From contig CAYMPD010000004.1 in NCBI GenBank assembly GCA_964392445.1, positions 26,089-90,088 of the forward strand: 64,000 nt of DNA. The letters run 5' to 3'. Of the stretch, positions 8,832 to 19,093 are shown in pieces. Origin of the DNA: an uncultured archaeon. GTDB taxonomy: Archaea; Aenigmatarchaeota; Aenigmatarchaeia; CG10238-14. Below the pieces are notes generated by a model, which saw nothing but the letters and a program-made list of their open reading frames with translations, made no database searches and had not been told where the DNA came from. A program made the translations under genes and the position numbers. How positions within the stretch are numbered: the first letter of the stretch is position 1; each line of letters opens with the position of its first letter.

Positions 8832-9836
8832 TTAACCGTTGAATAGGGGACTTAAAGCTCTTCCGTGTATTCTATTCGATATAGCAGTTGTTAAAATAGC
8901 TATTATGCTATGAATCTCGATAAACTCCCTTTCCTCTTCGGTATAATGATGAGGGATAGTATCTGTTCCTATTATTCTATATCCACCTTCTACAATTCTT
9001 TCTTTTGCGGGACGCCCTTCTGAATCGGGTGTTAAACCTAGATGTGTTACACAAGTTTCCACGCTTCTAGCACCTCTTTCCATAAGAAGATCTGCAGCAT
9101 TCATTGATGTACCACCAGAATCAAGGATATCATCGTATTGGACAACCTTTAAACCTTCCACATTCCCTATCAAACCTACAGGCCTTGTTTTCCCAACACC
9201 CAAACGTTCTTTTATAATTACGGCTAAAGGTAGACCGAGTACATCTGCGAATCTACGACAATTTTTGATGGCTCCACCGTCAGGAGCAACAATAACAGTT
9301 TCATTTATAGAGTGATTTTCCCTATATTTTTCAGCCAAGAATCTGTATGTAGGAAAAGCTTCAAGATGACAATTCCCAGAGAATGAAGCCACAGCTTGAT
9401 CAACATGGGGATGAAAAGTAAATACTCTATCAGCCCCAGCAACTTCGTATGCATCTGAAACTAATCTAGAACTTATATCCTCTCTATCATAACTTCTATC
9501 TTGTCTTAGCCAAGGATTATAAGGTTCAATTAAAACTACCTGTGTAGCATCACATCTTTTTAGAGTTCTGATAATTGATAAAACCTGAACTAGCGATTCA
9601 GCTGCAGGTAAAGACATTTGATTTATCAAATATACTTCCTTCTTTCTGACAGTGTCACTTAAAGTGAATTTGAGTGAACCATCATTAAATAATGTTTCAT
9701 ATGCTTCTATTAGCGAGAAGAAATTTCTATCTTTATCTGGGAGACTCTGATAAACTCTTTCTCCTATGTAAAAGGGGACATCAACTTTACGTCTAGGATC
9801 GTATTTAGGAATAACTATTGCGTAGGGTTGCTTCAT
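8832..9836 (-). CDS. prs: Ribose-phosphate pyrophosphokinase (divergent)
   Basis: FNDGS, LRQDR, APDGGA, DDILDSGGT PRPP loop, THLG; start moved to ATG 9836. Confidence 0.85.
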   Translation of the reverse strand: MKQPYAIVIPKYDPRRKVDVPFYIGERVYQSLPDKDRNFFSLIEAYETLFNDGSLKFTLSDTVRKKEVYLINQMSLPAAESLVQVLSIIRTLKRCDATQVVLIEPYNPWLRQDRSYDREDISSRLVSDAYEVAGADRVFTFHPHVDQAVASFSGNCHLEAFPTYRFLAEKYRENHSINETVIVAPDGGAIKNCRRFADVLGLPLAVIIKERLGVGKTRPVGLIGNVEGLKVVQYDDILDSGGTSMNAADLLMERGARSVETCVTHLGLTPDSEGRPAKERIVEGGYRIIGTDTIPHHYTEEEREFIEIHSIIAILTTAISNRIHGRALSPLFNG

Positions 9837-10188
9837 ATTAGTAAATTTGAAAAATAACTTTAAGTTCCAAGAAATTTTCAAAAATAAATAATTTTTTTAA
9901 TATATTATATTATTTAACAGCTTTTCTTATAAATCTTTTATTCTAATACCATCTGGATTTTCATATGCTATTCCTAAGTATTGCTCATAGTGTGTTAATG
10001 GATTTTTCCCTGTTGAATCAAGTACATATAATCTACTTTTAGGGGATTCTAGAACTGGAAATTTATGAGACTTATGAGGGAATGTGCCTCAAGTTTCTAT
10101 ATGGTAAACCAATCCATTACCAAGTAAAACTTAAATTCTCTTAGTCAATCTAATTATTAATTTATTTTCCTATCACCAATAATTACCT

Positions 10189-11124
10189 ATGAACCTAACA
10201 CATGGTGCAAAAACAGCAGTTAAACAATGTATGAATATTCAGTCCAATGAAAGTGTTCTAATAATAACTGACAATGATATGCCTAGACAGATAACAGGAT
10301 CACTTTTCCAGCAATCCCGAAAAATCACAAAAAGTACAGTGGTAAAAAAAATGAAAACTTTAGATAGATCTGGTCAAGAACCTCCAGAAGAAATAGCAAA
10401 ATTAATGCAACAACCCGACGTTCTATTTTTGGTAACATCCAAATCCTTGAGCCACACACAAGCAAGAAGAACAGCATCTCAAAAAGAGGTTAGAATCGCA
10501 TCAATGCCAACAGTACCAGTATCATCATTCGTGGATGGAGGTTTAACCGCGGACTATAATCAAGTCAAGAAGAACTGTGAAAGAATGTTTAATGCGATCA
10601 AAGAGAAAAAAAACATCCACCTAACCTCACCTAATGGAACAGATGTTGAATTAAAAATAGGTCAATACAAACTCGATAAGGACGATGGAATTTATCATGA
10701 ACCAGGATCTTTTGGTAATCTTCCTGCGGGAGAAGTATGTACAGCTCCAAATAAATGCTCAACTAATGGGAAACTGGTCTTAGATAAAATGGGAAGGTTT
10801 GGGGAGAATATTAAAATCACAATCAAGAACGGATATGCAATAAAAATACAAGGTTCACCAGAGTTAAAATCAACCGTGATCAAGCTTGGTAAGGACGGAC
10901 GAAATGTTGCTGAAATAGGTATAGGTGCTAATCCAAAGGCCAAAGTAATTGGGGTTACACTTGAGGATGAGAAAGTTTACGGTACAGTCCACATGGCACT
11001 CGGCAATAATGCTAGTTGGGGTGGAGATGTTGATGTTCAGTTTCATGATGATGGAATAATTCTTAAACCTACTTTGAAAGTTGATGGTGAAGTTTTGATT
11101 AAAGATGGCAAGTGGGCGATTTGA
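10189..11124 (+). CDS. M29-family (thermophilic metalloprotease-like) aminopeptidase
   Basis: GNLPAGEV, VAEIGIGAN, LEDEKVYGTVHMALG, FHDD. Confidence 0.85.
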   Translation: MNLTHGAKTAVKQCMNIQSNESVLIITDNDMPRQITGSLFQQSRKITKSTVVKKMKTLDRSGQEPPEEIAKLMQQPDVLFLVTSKSLSHTQARRTASQKEVRIASMPTVPVSSFVDGGLTADYNQVKKNCERMFNAIKEKKNIHLTSPNGTDVELKIGQYKLDKDDGIYHEPGSFGNLPAGEVCTAPNKCSTNGKLVLDKMGRFGENIKITIKNGYAIKIQGSPELKSTVIKLGKDGRNVAEIGIGANPKAKVIGVTLEDEKVYGTVHMALGNNASWGGDVDVQFHDDGIILKPTLKVDGEVLIKDGKWAI

Positions 11125-11164
11125 TAAAAAATTATAAGGCCAACAAATCCTATTAATTTCCTAG

Positions 11165-12217
11165 GTGAATAACATCCAATACATACTTGACTTCATAAAT
11201 GCTAATATGTACCTAAAATCCCTGATTATACTAGTTTCATTCTTCCTAGGTTCTAAATTATTCCTGTTCATCACCGAAAGAGTCATTTACAAATTAGTCA
11301 AAAAAACAAAAACCAGAGTTGACGACAAAATCATTCACAGAACCGGAAAACCTATCTCACTTGTCCTACTTTTAATCGGCCTCAGATTAGCAATACTACC
11401 ATTGAACTTGGGAGAAAAACTAATGTCCTCCTCAACAAATTTAATCCTCTCACTAATAATACTAGCCATCTCTTACACATTTGTCATGGTTTTTGACGTT
11501 CTGATAAATAATTGGGGACTGAAATGGGCGAAAAAAACAAAATCCACTTTAGACGATAACTTAGTCAAACTCTTACAAAAAACGTCCAAAGTAATAATCT
11601 TTTCCATAGCATTCATTTACGTTCTTGATGTTTGGGGGATAGAAATAATTCCGTTTTTGGCAAGTATGGGTATAGCAGGTATTGCAATCGCATTTGCACT
11701 ACAAGATAGTCTGGGAGATGTCTTTGGTGGATTAACACTGATACTTGACAAGTCTGTGAAGATGGGTGATGTGATTGAACTAGATGATAAAACAACTGGG
11801 ACAGTGATTGATATTGGGTTAAGAAGTACAAAAATGAGGACCTTTGACAATGAGTTGGTAATAGTTCCTAATGGCCAGTTGTCCGATTCAAAAATAATGA
11901 ACTATGCAGAACCCGATCAGACAGTAAGATTAGTTATTCCTTTTGGGGTTGCTTATGGGTCTGATATTGATAAAGTCAAAAAAATAATTCTGAAAAAGAT
12001 TAAAAATTTGGAGCATATACTAGACGATCCAAAACCTCTAATAAGGTTCGTGGAAATGGGAGATTCTTCTTTAAACTTTAAGTTGTATCTGCAGGTGGAT
12101 CACTATTCTAATAGATCCGCAACTAAGGATGAAGTAAACACTATTATTTATAACACTTTGAGAAAAGAGGGTATAGAGATACCAAATCCCCAGTTGGATG
12201 TTTGGTTAAGGAAGTAA
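11165..12217 (+). CDS. mscS: Small-conductance mechanosensitive channel
   Basis: GIAGIAIAFALQDSLGDVFGG, GDVI, IGLRSTKMRTFDNELVIVPN. Confidence 0.92.
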   Translation: MNNIQYILDFINANMYLKSLIILVSFFLGSKLFLFITERVIYKLVKKTKTRVDDKIIHRTGKPISLVLLLIGLRLAILPLNLGEKLMSSSTNLILSLIILAISYTFVMVFDVLINNWGLKWAKKTKSTLDDNLVKLLQKTSKVIIFSIAFIYVLDVWGIEIIPFLASMGIAGIAIAFALQDSLGDVFGGLTLILDKSVKMGDVIELDDKTTGTVIDIGLRSTKMRTFDNELVIVPNGQLSDSKIMNYAEPDQTVRLVIPFGVAYGSDIDKVKKIILKKIKNLEHILDDPKPLIRFVEMGDSSLNFKLYLQVDHYSNRSATKDEVNTIIYNTLRKEGIEIPNPQLDVWLRK

Positions 12218-12361
12218 TACTCCAGCTTTTCCTGTACCAAAACTATTTATACCAATTATGTCATTAGTTATGAGTGAAGTGATGGTGATGAACCGCCAAT
12301 ATGTAACGCTAGTATAGAAGAAAAAGATTTTACTAGTGATAATAAGCTTCTTCTTGATTGT

Positions 12362-12616
12362 TTGAGGAAAGTTCTTGACGAGAGGCTAACACAAAAACAG
12401 AAATTCATTGTTAACTTTCTACGAGTGAACGGAGCAGATAATATTACACGTTTGGTTGAATTTTTAGCAAAGGAAATGGAATGTTCTGAATCTTGTGTTT
12501 GGAATAATATTAATTCTTTGAAGAAATGTGGGTTGGTTGAGAATGGTTTGAATAGACCTGTTAAACTTTCTGGGGTTTGCAGAAGTATTTTTGGAGGAGA
12601 TGATGATGAAAGGTGA
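12362..12616 (+). CDS. Small winged-helix protein
   Basis: LTQKQKFIV...CSESCVWNNINSLKKCGLV HTH pattern; start uncertain. Confidence 0.65.
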   Translation: MRKVLDERLTQKQKFIVNFLRVNGADNITRLVEFLAKEMECSESCVWNNINSLKKCGLVENGLNRPVKLSGVCRSIFGGDDDER

Positions 12617-12637
12617 ATGTTTTTACTTCTTTATTTT

Positions 12638-12753
12638 CCCGTGGTAGCTCAATCGCAGAGCGCCTGGTTGTAGATGGACATAGAATACTTCTTGTTATTC
12701 TTGAATGTCTGATAGTGACCAGAAGGTTGGGAGTTCAATTCTCTCCCATGGGA
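12638..12753 (+). tRNA. tRNA-Tyr(GTA) with canonical 37/38 intron (12674-12717, 44 nt)
   Basis: CCCGTGG/CCATGGG acceptor stem with C1-G72, GCTC/GAGC D stem, GTA anticodon, GTTCAA T loop, BHB at the intron junctions. Confidence 0.92.
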
Positions 12754-12769
12754 TCAGAGGCGATGAAAA

Positions 12770-13135
12770 ATGAGTAGAAATAAATATGGACTCAGAATAC
12801 AGGGCGAAGTTAGAGATATCTATATTTTTGATTTTATGAATGCTCTTCAGGAATATACAGGAGAGAATATTGGAGTTTTGAATGGTGGTGGAGGCTTAAA
12901 GAGACTAGTAAACAGTGATGTTGAAGGTAGAGTTAGAGGTGATTGGTATGAAATGATGGTCGAATGTGGTGAACCGAATAGTTTTATACCTTATACAAGG
13001 ACTTTCCCTATTAGGTTGGATTTCAAAACCACTCCGAGAAACAAAAGAAGAGCAGATGAAACCATGGAAGATATAATTAGGATAGTGCTAGACAATGGAG
13101 GTTCAGTATTCTTCTATGGAGAGTTTGAGAGGTGA
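12770..13135 (+). CDS. Hypothetical protein (orphan)
   Basis: 121 aa, begins 16 bp after tRNA-Tyr. Confidence 0.6.
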   Translation: MSRNKYGLRIQGEVRDIYIFDFMNALQEYTGENIGVLNGGGGLKRLVNSDVEGRVRGDWYEMMVECGEPNSFIPYTRTFPIRLDFKTTPRNKRRADETMEDIIRIVLDNGGSVFFYGEFER

Positions 13136-13141
13136 GGTAGT

Positions 13142-13552
13142 ATGTGGCTTGATAAAGTGAAAAAAATACTATATGGAATTTGTTTGACTTCTACAATTTC
13201 AGGTTGTGGAGATGTGAACATGGATACAAATAGAGAAATATCTAGGTCCGTAACGAGGGAAATTAAAGCAGAGAAATTTGAATGTAAAGAGATTTTTTAT
13301 CCTGGGGCGGGGGGAGTTTTTGCGAAAGAAATAATAATCTCAATAGAAGATGAGAATGGAGTATTGTACAGAAGTAATGCTGTATGGCCGACTGAAAATG
13401 AAAAATTTGGTTACTTTGAAGAATTATGTGGTAGAATGAGAAGAGGGAAGATAGGAGCAGGAGCGGATGTAGCTCTTTACGGAGAAATAAGACCAAGAAG
13501 AGACAGTATTTTACAAGTAGATGAAATATACCTGACTGATCTAGGTGATTAA
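13142..13552 (+). CDS. Hypothetical lipoprotein-like protein
   Basis: 136 aa, N-terminal hydrophobic stretch ending TISGC; GAGGT RBS. Confidence 0.6.
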   Translation: MWLDKVKKILYGICLTSTISGCGDVNMDTNREISRSVTREIKAEKFECKEIFYPGAGGVFAKEIIISIEDENGVLYRSNAVWPTENEKFGYFEELCGRMRRGKIGAGADVALYGEIRPRRDSILQVDEIYLTDLGD

Positions 13553-13553
13553 A

Positions 13554-14237
13554 ATGAAAACAATAGGAATAATAGGTGGTATGGGACCTGAAACAACTTC
13601 AAAATTTTATTTAGAGCTAATTAGGTTGTCTAGAAGGGAAATGGGTCATTTACCATCAATCATAATAGAAAGCTTACCGATTAGTTTTAGTTCGGAAGAG
13701 AATTTTGTTAAAAACGGAATTAAAGAATCTGAATTCGAGAGATTAATGATTAAATCGGCGAAACGTTTCGAGGAGATAGGGGTTAATCTGGTAGTAATCC
13801 CATCAAATACAGCCCACTTTTTCATAGAAAAAGTCAGGGAAAGCACAAGTATTCCTGTGATGAATATCATAAAGGAAACTACTAAATTGTGTCTCAAAAG
13901 GGGTTTTAGGAAAGTTGGGGTTCTGGGGACTGAAATTACAATGAAAAATAGATTATATGAGAAAGAATTCGAGAAATTTAACATCGAAATTATTAAATTG
14001 GATAAGAAAAATCAGGAAGAATTATCAAATATAATACATAGAATAGTCACTGGTGATACTAAAACAAAAGATCAAAAAAATTTAGAAAATCTAATGGAAA
14101 TTTTAAAAAATAAGGGTGCAGAAGTAATAATTTTGGGTTGCACAGACCTTCAAAATCTAATCAAAGATAGTTCTAATATTGAAATAATCGATAGTATGCA
14201 TACTCTTGTTGAAGCAACATTCAGGAAATTATTATGA
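13554..14237 (+). CDS. Aspartate/glutamate racemase family protein
   Basis: IGIIGGMGPETT, IPSNTAH, VGVLGT, ILGCTDL. Confidence 0.9.
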   Translation: MKTIGIIGGMGPETTSKFYLELIRLSRREMGHLPSIIIESLPISFSSEENFVKNGIKESEFERLMIKSAKRFEEIGVNLVVIPSNTAHFFIEKVRESTSIPVMNIIKETTKLCLKRGFRKVGVLGTEITMKNRLYEKEFEKFNIEIIKLDKKNQEELSNIIHRIVTGDTKTKDQKNLENLMEILKNKGAEVIILGCTDLQNLIKDSSNIEIIDSMHTLVEATFRKLL

Positions 14238-14268
14238 TTAAAAAAACAAAAATTATGTAGGTGATAAT

Positions 14269-14739
14269 GTGTCAAAAGTAGATCAAGTAAAACAGTTCAT
14301 AGAAGAAAATAATCTAGAAGCAGAGATAATAGAGCATGAAGAATCAGGATTAACAAGCGAACAGGCCGCAGAAGCAACAGGAGTAGATATAGAACAAATA
14401 ATCAAAACACTACTATTCATGGACAAGAAACACAGACCAGTAATAGTAATCTGTCAAGGTCATAAAAGAGTCGATATGGATAAAGTGATAAAGTTTGTCG
14501 AACTAAAAAAACCAAGATTAGCTAGACCAGAAGAAATCAAACAATTACTGGGAACAGAACCAGGAGGAACACCACCGATATGCTTACCCGAAGATATACC
14601 AGTTCTGATGGATAAAGGAGTCACTAAACAGAAATTTGTGGTTGGGTCAGCGGGAACAAAATTCACTGGCTTAAAACTAAAACCATATGATATTGTTAAA
14701 TTTACTAATGCTAAAATAGTTAGTATAACTGAGGGATAG
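14269..14739 (+). CDS. YbaK/ProX aminoacyl-tRNA deacylase family
   Basis: TSEQAAEATG, IIKTLLF, EPGGTPP, GSAG. Confidence 0.88.
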   Translation: MSKVDQVKQFIEENNLEAEIIEHEESGLTSEQAAEATGVDIEQIIKTLLFMDKKHRPVIVICQGHKRVDMDKVIKFVELKKPRLARPEEIKQLLGTEPGGTPPICLPEDIPVLMDKGVTKQKFVVGSAGTKFTGLKLKPYDIVKFTNAKIVSITEG

Positions 14740-14743
14740 AGAA

Positions 14744-14887
14744 ATGACAGAATACTTTACAAGATACATCAAATACCCAGACGGAACACTAGAAGAATTA
14801 AAAGTTCCTAAGAAAGAAGTAAGAAAACAAATACTAGAATCTGCTAAAAGAAACAAAGAAATGTTGGACATACTTGCAAAACTTTAG
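14744..14887 (+). CDS. 47-aa hypothetical protein (not in ORF track)
   Basis: MTEYFTRYIKYPDGTLEELKVPKKEVRKQILESAKRNKEMLDILAKL*; fills the gap exactly, with tyrS GTG directly after its TAG. Confidence 0.65.
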   Translation: MTEYFTRYIKYPDGTLEELKVPKKEVRKQILESAKRNKEMLDILAKL

Positions 14888-15982
14888 GTGAAATTAATGG
14901 ATTTAGAAAAAAGAATGGAATTAATTAAAAGACCTCCAACTGAAGAGGTAATTACAGAGGAAGACCTGAAAGAATTATTGCAAACAAAAGATCATCCAGT
15001 AGCTTATGACGGGTTTGAAACTTCAGGACTTCTACACTTAGCATCAGGGCCCTTACGTGCAATTAAAGTTCAAGATATGCTTGATGCAGGTTGCGAATTC
15101 ATTCTATGGATAGCCGACTGGTTTGCTTATATCAACAACAAAATGGGCGGAGATTTAGAACTCATCAAAAAAACAGGCGAATATTACATCGAAGGTTGGA
15201 AAGCGTGTGGAGTCGACATGAAAAAAGTCAAAGTTATGTGGACGAGCGATGCCGTAAAAGACCCGAATTACTGGAAAGGTGTTATAGATGTTGCCAAGAA
15301 TACAACCGTCAACCGAACAATCCGCTCAGGACCAATAATGGGAAGAAGCGAGTCAGAGATGCAATACACGGCACAGTTGTTCTACCCGATGATGCAGGCG
15401 TGGGATCCATTTTATCTCAAAGCTGATATTCTCCAATTGGGAATGGATCAAAGAAATGCTACAGTTCTTTCGCGTGAATTAACTTCAAAGTTGGGTTATT
15501 CGACAAGGGTGTGTGTTCATCATCATTTATTAGCAGGTTTGCAGGGACCAAAAGAAGGAAGAATGGGACAAGAAACAGCAACAGTTCAGTTAGAAGACAA
15601 GATGAGTAAATCCAAACCAAATACAGCAATATTCATCCACGACAGTAAGAAGGAAATCCAGGAAAAAATAAATGGTGCATTTTGCCCAGAAAAAGTTGTT
15701 AAAGGGAACCCAGTTTTGGAAATATGGAAGTACATAGTCTTCAGAAAATTTGATTCTAGAACTATAAAAAGACCGTCCAAATTCGGTGGAGATATTACAG
15801 TCGGAAATTACGAAGAACTAGAAAATAAGTTCAGAAAAGGAGAATTACACCCATTAGATCTGAAAAAAGAAACATCCGAAGCTTTAAACGAAATAATAAA
15901 CCCAATAAGGAAACATTTCGAAAGAAACAAAAAAGCTAAGAAATTGTACGAAACTGTAAAAAAGGCCAAAATAACCCGCTAA
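14888..15982 (+). CDS. tyrS: Tyrosyl-tRNA synthetase (archaeal)
   Basis: [31 protein letters not shown]. Confidence 0.92.
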   Translation: MKLMDLEKRMELIKRPPTEEVITEEDLKELLQTKDHPVAYDGFETSGLLHLASGPLRAIKVQDMLDAGCEFILWIADWFAYINNKMGGDLELIKKTGEYYIEGWKACGVDMKKVKVMWTSDAVKDPNYWKGVIDVAKNTTVNRTIRSGPIMGRSESEMQYTAQLFYPMMQAWDPFYLKADILQLGMDQRNATVLSRELTSKLGYSTRVCVHHHLLAGLQGPKEGRMGQETATVQLEDKMSKSKPNTAIFIHDSKKEIQEKINGAFCPEKVVKGNPVLEIWKYIVFRKFDSRTIKRPSKFGGDITVGNYEELENKFRKGELHPLDLKKETSEALNEIINPIRKHFERNKKAKKLYETVKKAKITR

Positions 15983-16257
15983 ATAACATTCCCATTATGT
16001 TCTTCTAACCAATTAGTGATACCTTTCTTGATATCAATTATCACCTTTTCCCCAGAAGGCATAGTTCTTTTGATTGTCATCGCAACTTTTTTCTTTTTAA
16101 ACTCTTCCTTTGCGATTTTAAGGGGATCAAATACACCTTTCGGTTTTTTAATAAGCAATGGTGCACCTAAAGAAATCTGTAAGGATCTCGCACCTATAAT
16201 CCTTGCGACTTCGAATCTTGTTAATCTTTCATTTGGCCAGATTGAAATAAAATTCAC
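15979..16257 (-). CDS. rpoK: RNA polymerase subunit K/Rpo6
   Basis: [22 protein letters not shown]. Confidence 0.92.
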   Translation of the reverse strand: MNFISIWPNERLTRFEVARIIGARSLQISLGAPLLIKKPKGVFDPLKIAKEEFKKKKVAMTIKRTMPSGEKVIIDIKKGITNWLEEHNGNVI

Positions 16258-16262
16258 CTCAT

Positions 16263-16457
16263 TTAAGGCTGAAACTTTGCCACTTTTTTAATTAAATCAA
16301 CATGTCCTATAAACAAACCTCTACAGCAGTATCGGATTAAACCTAAATCATCCAAAACCTTCTTGGAATCTTCACCTTTTTCCACTCTTTTTTTGTATTC
16401 TTCCCATAGATGACCTACAACTTTTCCACAGCTGAAACAACGAACTGGTATTATCAT
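16263..16457 (-). CDS. rpoN: RNA polymerase subunit N/Rpo10
   Basis: [12 protein letters not shown]...RYCCR. Confidence 0.95.
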   Translation of the reverse strand: MIIPVRCFSCGKVVGHLWEEYKKRVEKGEDSKKVLDDLGLIRYCCRGLFIGHVDLIKKVAKFQP

Positions 16458-16462
16458 TTTCT

Positions 16463-16876
16463 TTACCTCTTTGACCTTTGTTTATGTCTTCTTGCCCCTT
16501 TTCTCGAACGGGATGGTTTATGGGGCTCACATCTCCTAGCATCATACGCTAAAAGATTCCTATCATAATCAAGATACGTTTTCTTTAGTTTTTCATCTTT
16601 AAAAAATTCTACCATCCCTTTAGCAATACTCTGACGGATGGCGTCTGCTTGTGAGGATATTCCTCCACCTGAAACATTAACTTTAACATCAACTTCTTTT
16701 GATTTGTCTCCGACTAGGATTAACGCTTCTCTTATTTTCATCCTTACAAACTCGGGTTGGTAGATGTCTAATGGAGTGTCATTGATTTCCACTTTCCCCT
16801 TCCCTTTTTTGAATCTCGCTCTAGCTACACTCGTCTTTCTTTTCCCAGTCGCGAATGCTAGTTTTTCTTTAGCCAT
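16463..16876 (-). CDS. rps9: 30S ribosomal protein S9
   Basis: [27 protein letters not shown]. Confidence 0.95.
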   Translation of the reverse strand: MAKEKLAFATGKRKTSVARARFKKGKGKVEINDTPLDIYQPEFVRMKIREALILVGDKSKEVDVKVNVSGGGISSQADAIRQSIAKGMVEFFKDEKLKKTYLDYDRNLLAYDARRCEPHKPSRSRKGARRHKQRSKR

Positions 16877-16877
16877 T

Positions 16878-17306
16878 TTACCATCTCTTCTTTGCTCCTA
16901 ACCACAATGATAATTCTTCAACACTAATACTTTTACACTTTAATCTATTAGCATCTGCGTCTTTTAAACGAATTGGTTCTTTATTTTTTAATTCTTTTGG
17001 GACTCCCACGTGAACTTTTAACCTTTTGTAAGCCTTCTGCCCCCTTTGTATTTTTATTGGTAGCATTCCTCTTATTACCCTTCTTACTATTCCACTCGGT
17101 GTTTTTGGGTAATGTGGACCATGTCTGGGATCCCCTCTTTGCCGTCTTTCAAGGTATTTTTGCTTTGTGTTTTTTGGATTTCCCGATATTCTTACCTTTT
17201 CACAATTAACCACATGAACTTGTTCACCTTTAAGCAGATCTTTAGCAACACGAGTAGACAATCTTCCTAATATTTGGTTGTCAGCATCGTAAACTTTCAT
17301 AATCAT
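16878..17306 (-). CDS. rpl13: 50S ribosomal protein L13
   Basis: DADNQILGRLS, VRRVIRGMLP; start at the TGATG overlap with rpl18e. Confidence 0.95.
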   Translation of the reverse strand: MIMKVYDADNQILGRLSTRVAKDLLKGEQVHVVNCEKVRISGNPKNTKQKYLERRQRGDPRHGPHYPKTPSGIVRRVIRGMLPIKIQRGQKAYKRLKVHVGVPKELKNKEPIRLKDADANRLKCKSISVEELSLWLGAKKRW

Positions 17307-17671
17307 CAACACAGTATTTTAACCTTAGTCCCTTTTGGGTTATCTTTCATTAATTCTCGAATTGTTATAGCTTTTCCCTTTACTTTTTTAATCTTTTCTT
17401 CCGCAGGATTACTAAATCTCCACGCAGAAACTGTTACAGGTTTTGTTAATTCCCCAAACCCAAGTACTACTCCTGGGACGATTACTGTTTCATTTTTTTT
17501 GGTATGTCTCTCGATGTGGCTTAAATTAACTTCTACCCTCTGCCTTCTAGGTTTGTTTAGTTTTTCGGCTATATCTTTGAGAAAATTAGAATTAACTTCA
17601 AACGATTTCTCTCTTAGATTTTGAATTAATTTTTTTAATATCGGATTTGTAGGTCCAGTGCGCTTAACCAA
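17306..17671 (-). CDS. rpl18e: 50S ribosomal protein L18e
   Basis: TGPTNP, VNLSHI, VPGVVLGFG; TTG start with GAGGT RBS. Confidence 0.95.
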   Translation of the reverse strand: MVKRTGPTNPILKKLIQNLREKSFEVNSNFLKDIAEKLNKPRRQRVEVNLSHIERHTKKNETVIVPGVVLGFGELTKPVTVSAWRFSNPAEEKIKKVKGKAITIRELMKDNPKGTKVKILC

Positions 17672-17767
17672 TCGCTACACCTCGGGATTTTCAACTCATT
17701 ATAGTTGTGTGGGAAGATTTATAAAGGTTTACTCAATTTTATAAGATTAAATTTCTTAATTAACCAT

Positions 17768-18265
17768 ATGTTCAATCTTAATGATAAAAATAAGGGTTAC
17801 TTAATATCAATAATTCTTCTTATTTCTTTTTCTCTTACTACGGGACTTAATAGGGTTAAACCTAAAAATAACGAAATCGAATCAAAATCACCTAAAATGG
17901 AAGTTACAACCTCCCCCGAAATAGAGGCTACACCATTCGATTTTGATATCTATTTGGATATGACAGCAGCTTATATACTTCGTCTATATGATTTTCCTTA
18001 CATAATATGTCTCTCGGGTACAGGTAGGCGCCTCGATATCGGAATTTTTGATTTCATTCATGATCCTACTAAAGCCAGTTTTAGACCTATTGAAAATGGT
18101 AAAATAGGTACTTATGTCCCCCATCCGATCAGTGGGAGGTTGGTACCTGTATATATAGGAGAGGACACCGAAATGGGAAAATGTGGTCCTATAGTGAAAC
18201 AAAGATATTCTGTTCCTTCTGTTGAGTTCATTGAAGATGTGAGAGGACCTTATTTAGATTTGTAA
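17768..18265 (+). CDS. Hypothetical protein with N-terminal TM/signal (orphan)
   Basis: Hydrophobic N-terminus after ATG 17768. Confidence 0.55.
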   Translation: MFNLNDKNKGYLISIILLISFSLTTGLNRVKPKNNEIESKSPKMEVTTSPEIEATPFDFDIYLDMTAAYILRLYDFPYIICLSGTGRRLDIGIFDFIHDPTKASFRPIENGKIGTYVPHPISGRLVPVYIGEDTEMGKCGPIVKQRYSVPSVEFIEDVRGPYLDL

Positions 18266-18368
18266 AAATTATGTTAAACTTCAATTCGGTCACTTCCGAA
18301 CAAAATCTTAATGCTATTTAAACTAACCGAACTAATTGTCTTTTAGCAAATAAATGGGGTGGAAGAAT

Positions 18369-18884
18369 ATGAAAAAATTGTTAACATTTCTGCTTTTGAT
18401 ACCATTAGCCATAGCATTGTCAGGATGTACGACTGAACAACCGATCGGTGGAGAAAGAGATGAGCATGGATGCCTTGGACCTGCGGGATATTCATGGGAC
18501 GAGGAAATACGGGCTTGTGTAAGGACATGGGAACTGGATGAAAGCCAAAAAGAAGCAGCAGAAATAGCTGTTGAGCAGGTAGGATCAGAGAAATACCTAA
18601 CCGTTACCAAAGTGGAAACTCTAAGATGTCTCGGATGTTTCATAATAGAACTGGAAAAAGGAGAAGAAAGAGATGTGATATCTGTAGAACTTAGTGATTG
18701 GGATGTTATTAGTGAAACCTTGGTAAGACATACATGTACTGAACAAGAAAGACAAGCCGAGATTTGCACGATGGAATATATGTCTGTGTGTGGATTCAAA
18801 GCGGATGGAAGTTCAAAGACCTATGGTAATGATTGTCAGGCATGTGCTGATGGAGTAGAATACTGGGAAGTCGGAGAGTGCTAG
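18369..18884 (+). CDS. Cys-rich surface lipoprotein with a Kazal-like C-terminus
   Basis: Lipobox LSGC, GGERDEHGCLGPAGYSW motif, CTMEYMSVCG...TYGNDCQAC. Confidence 0.8.
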   Translation: MKKLLTFLLLIPLAIALSGCTTEQPIGGERDEHGCLGPAGYSWDEEIRACVRTWELDESQKEAAEIAVEQVGSEKYLTVTKVETLRCLGCFIIELEKGEERDVISVELSDWDVISETLVRHTCTEQERQAEICTMEYMSVCGFKADGSSKTYGNDCQACADGVEYWEVGEC

Positions 18885-19093
18885 TGGGAAACTATAACCA
18901 AAGGACCCTTTTAACCATTTTTTCTTTATTTTTATCCAATACTCTCGAAAAACCCCTCAACCAAAAGACTTAAATACCTATCATGACATCCTATTAGGAG
19001 TAAAGTACGAAGTGGTGACAAGTAGCGTTGGTTAATAATATACTAATTCTATTGCTTTTGTGACTTTAATAAAAAAAATAAAGAGATGATATA

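Noticed and set aside
9927-10088. Minus-strand open frame (HKFPVLESPKSRLYVLDSTGKNPLTHYEQYLG...)
   Set aside because: No start codon after the upstream stop and no recognised family; may be a gene relic but unsupported
12754-14900. attR-like duplicate of the tRNA-Tyr 3' end bounding the downstream orphans
   Set aside because: No second copy of the tRNA 3' end was found
6768-18899. Similarity between tagtggaactataac (6769-6783) and tagtgggaaactataac (18882-18898)
   Set aside because: Needs two gaps over about 16 bp; not distinguishable from chance
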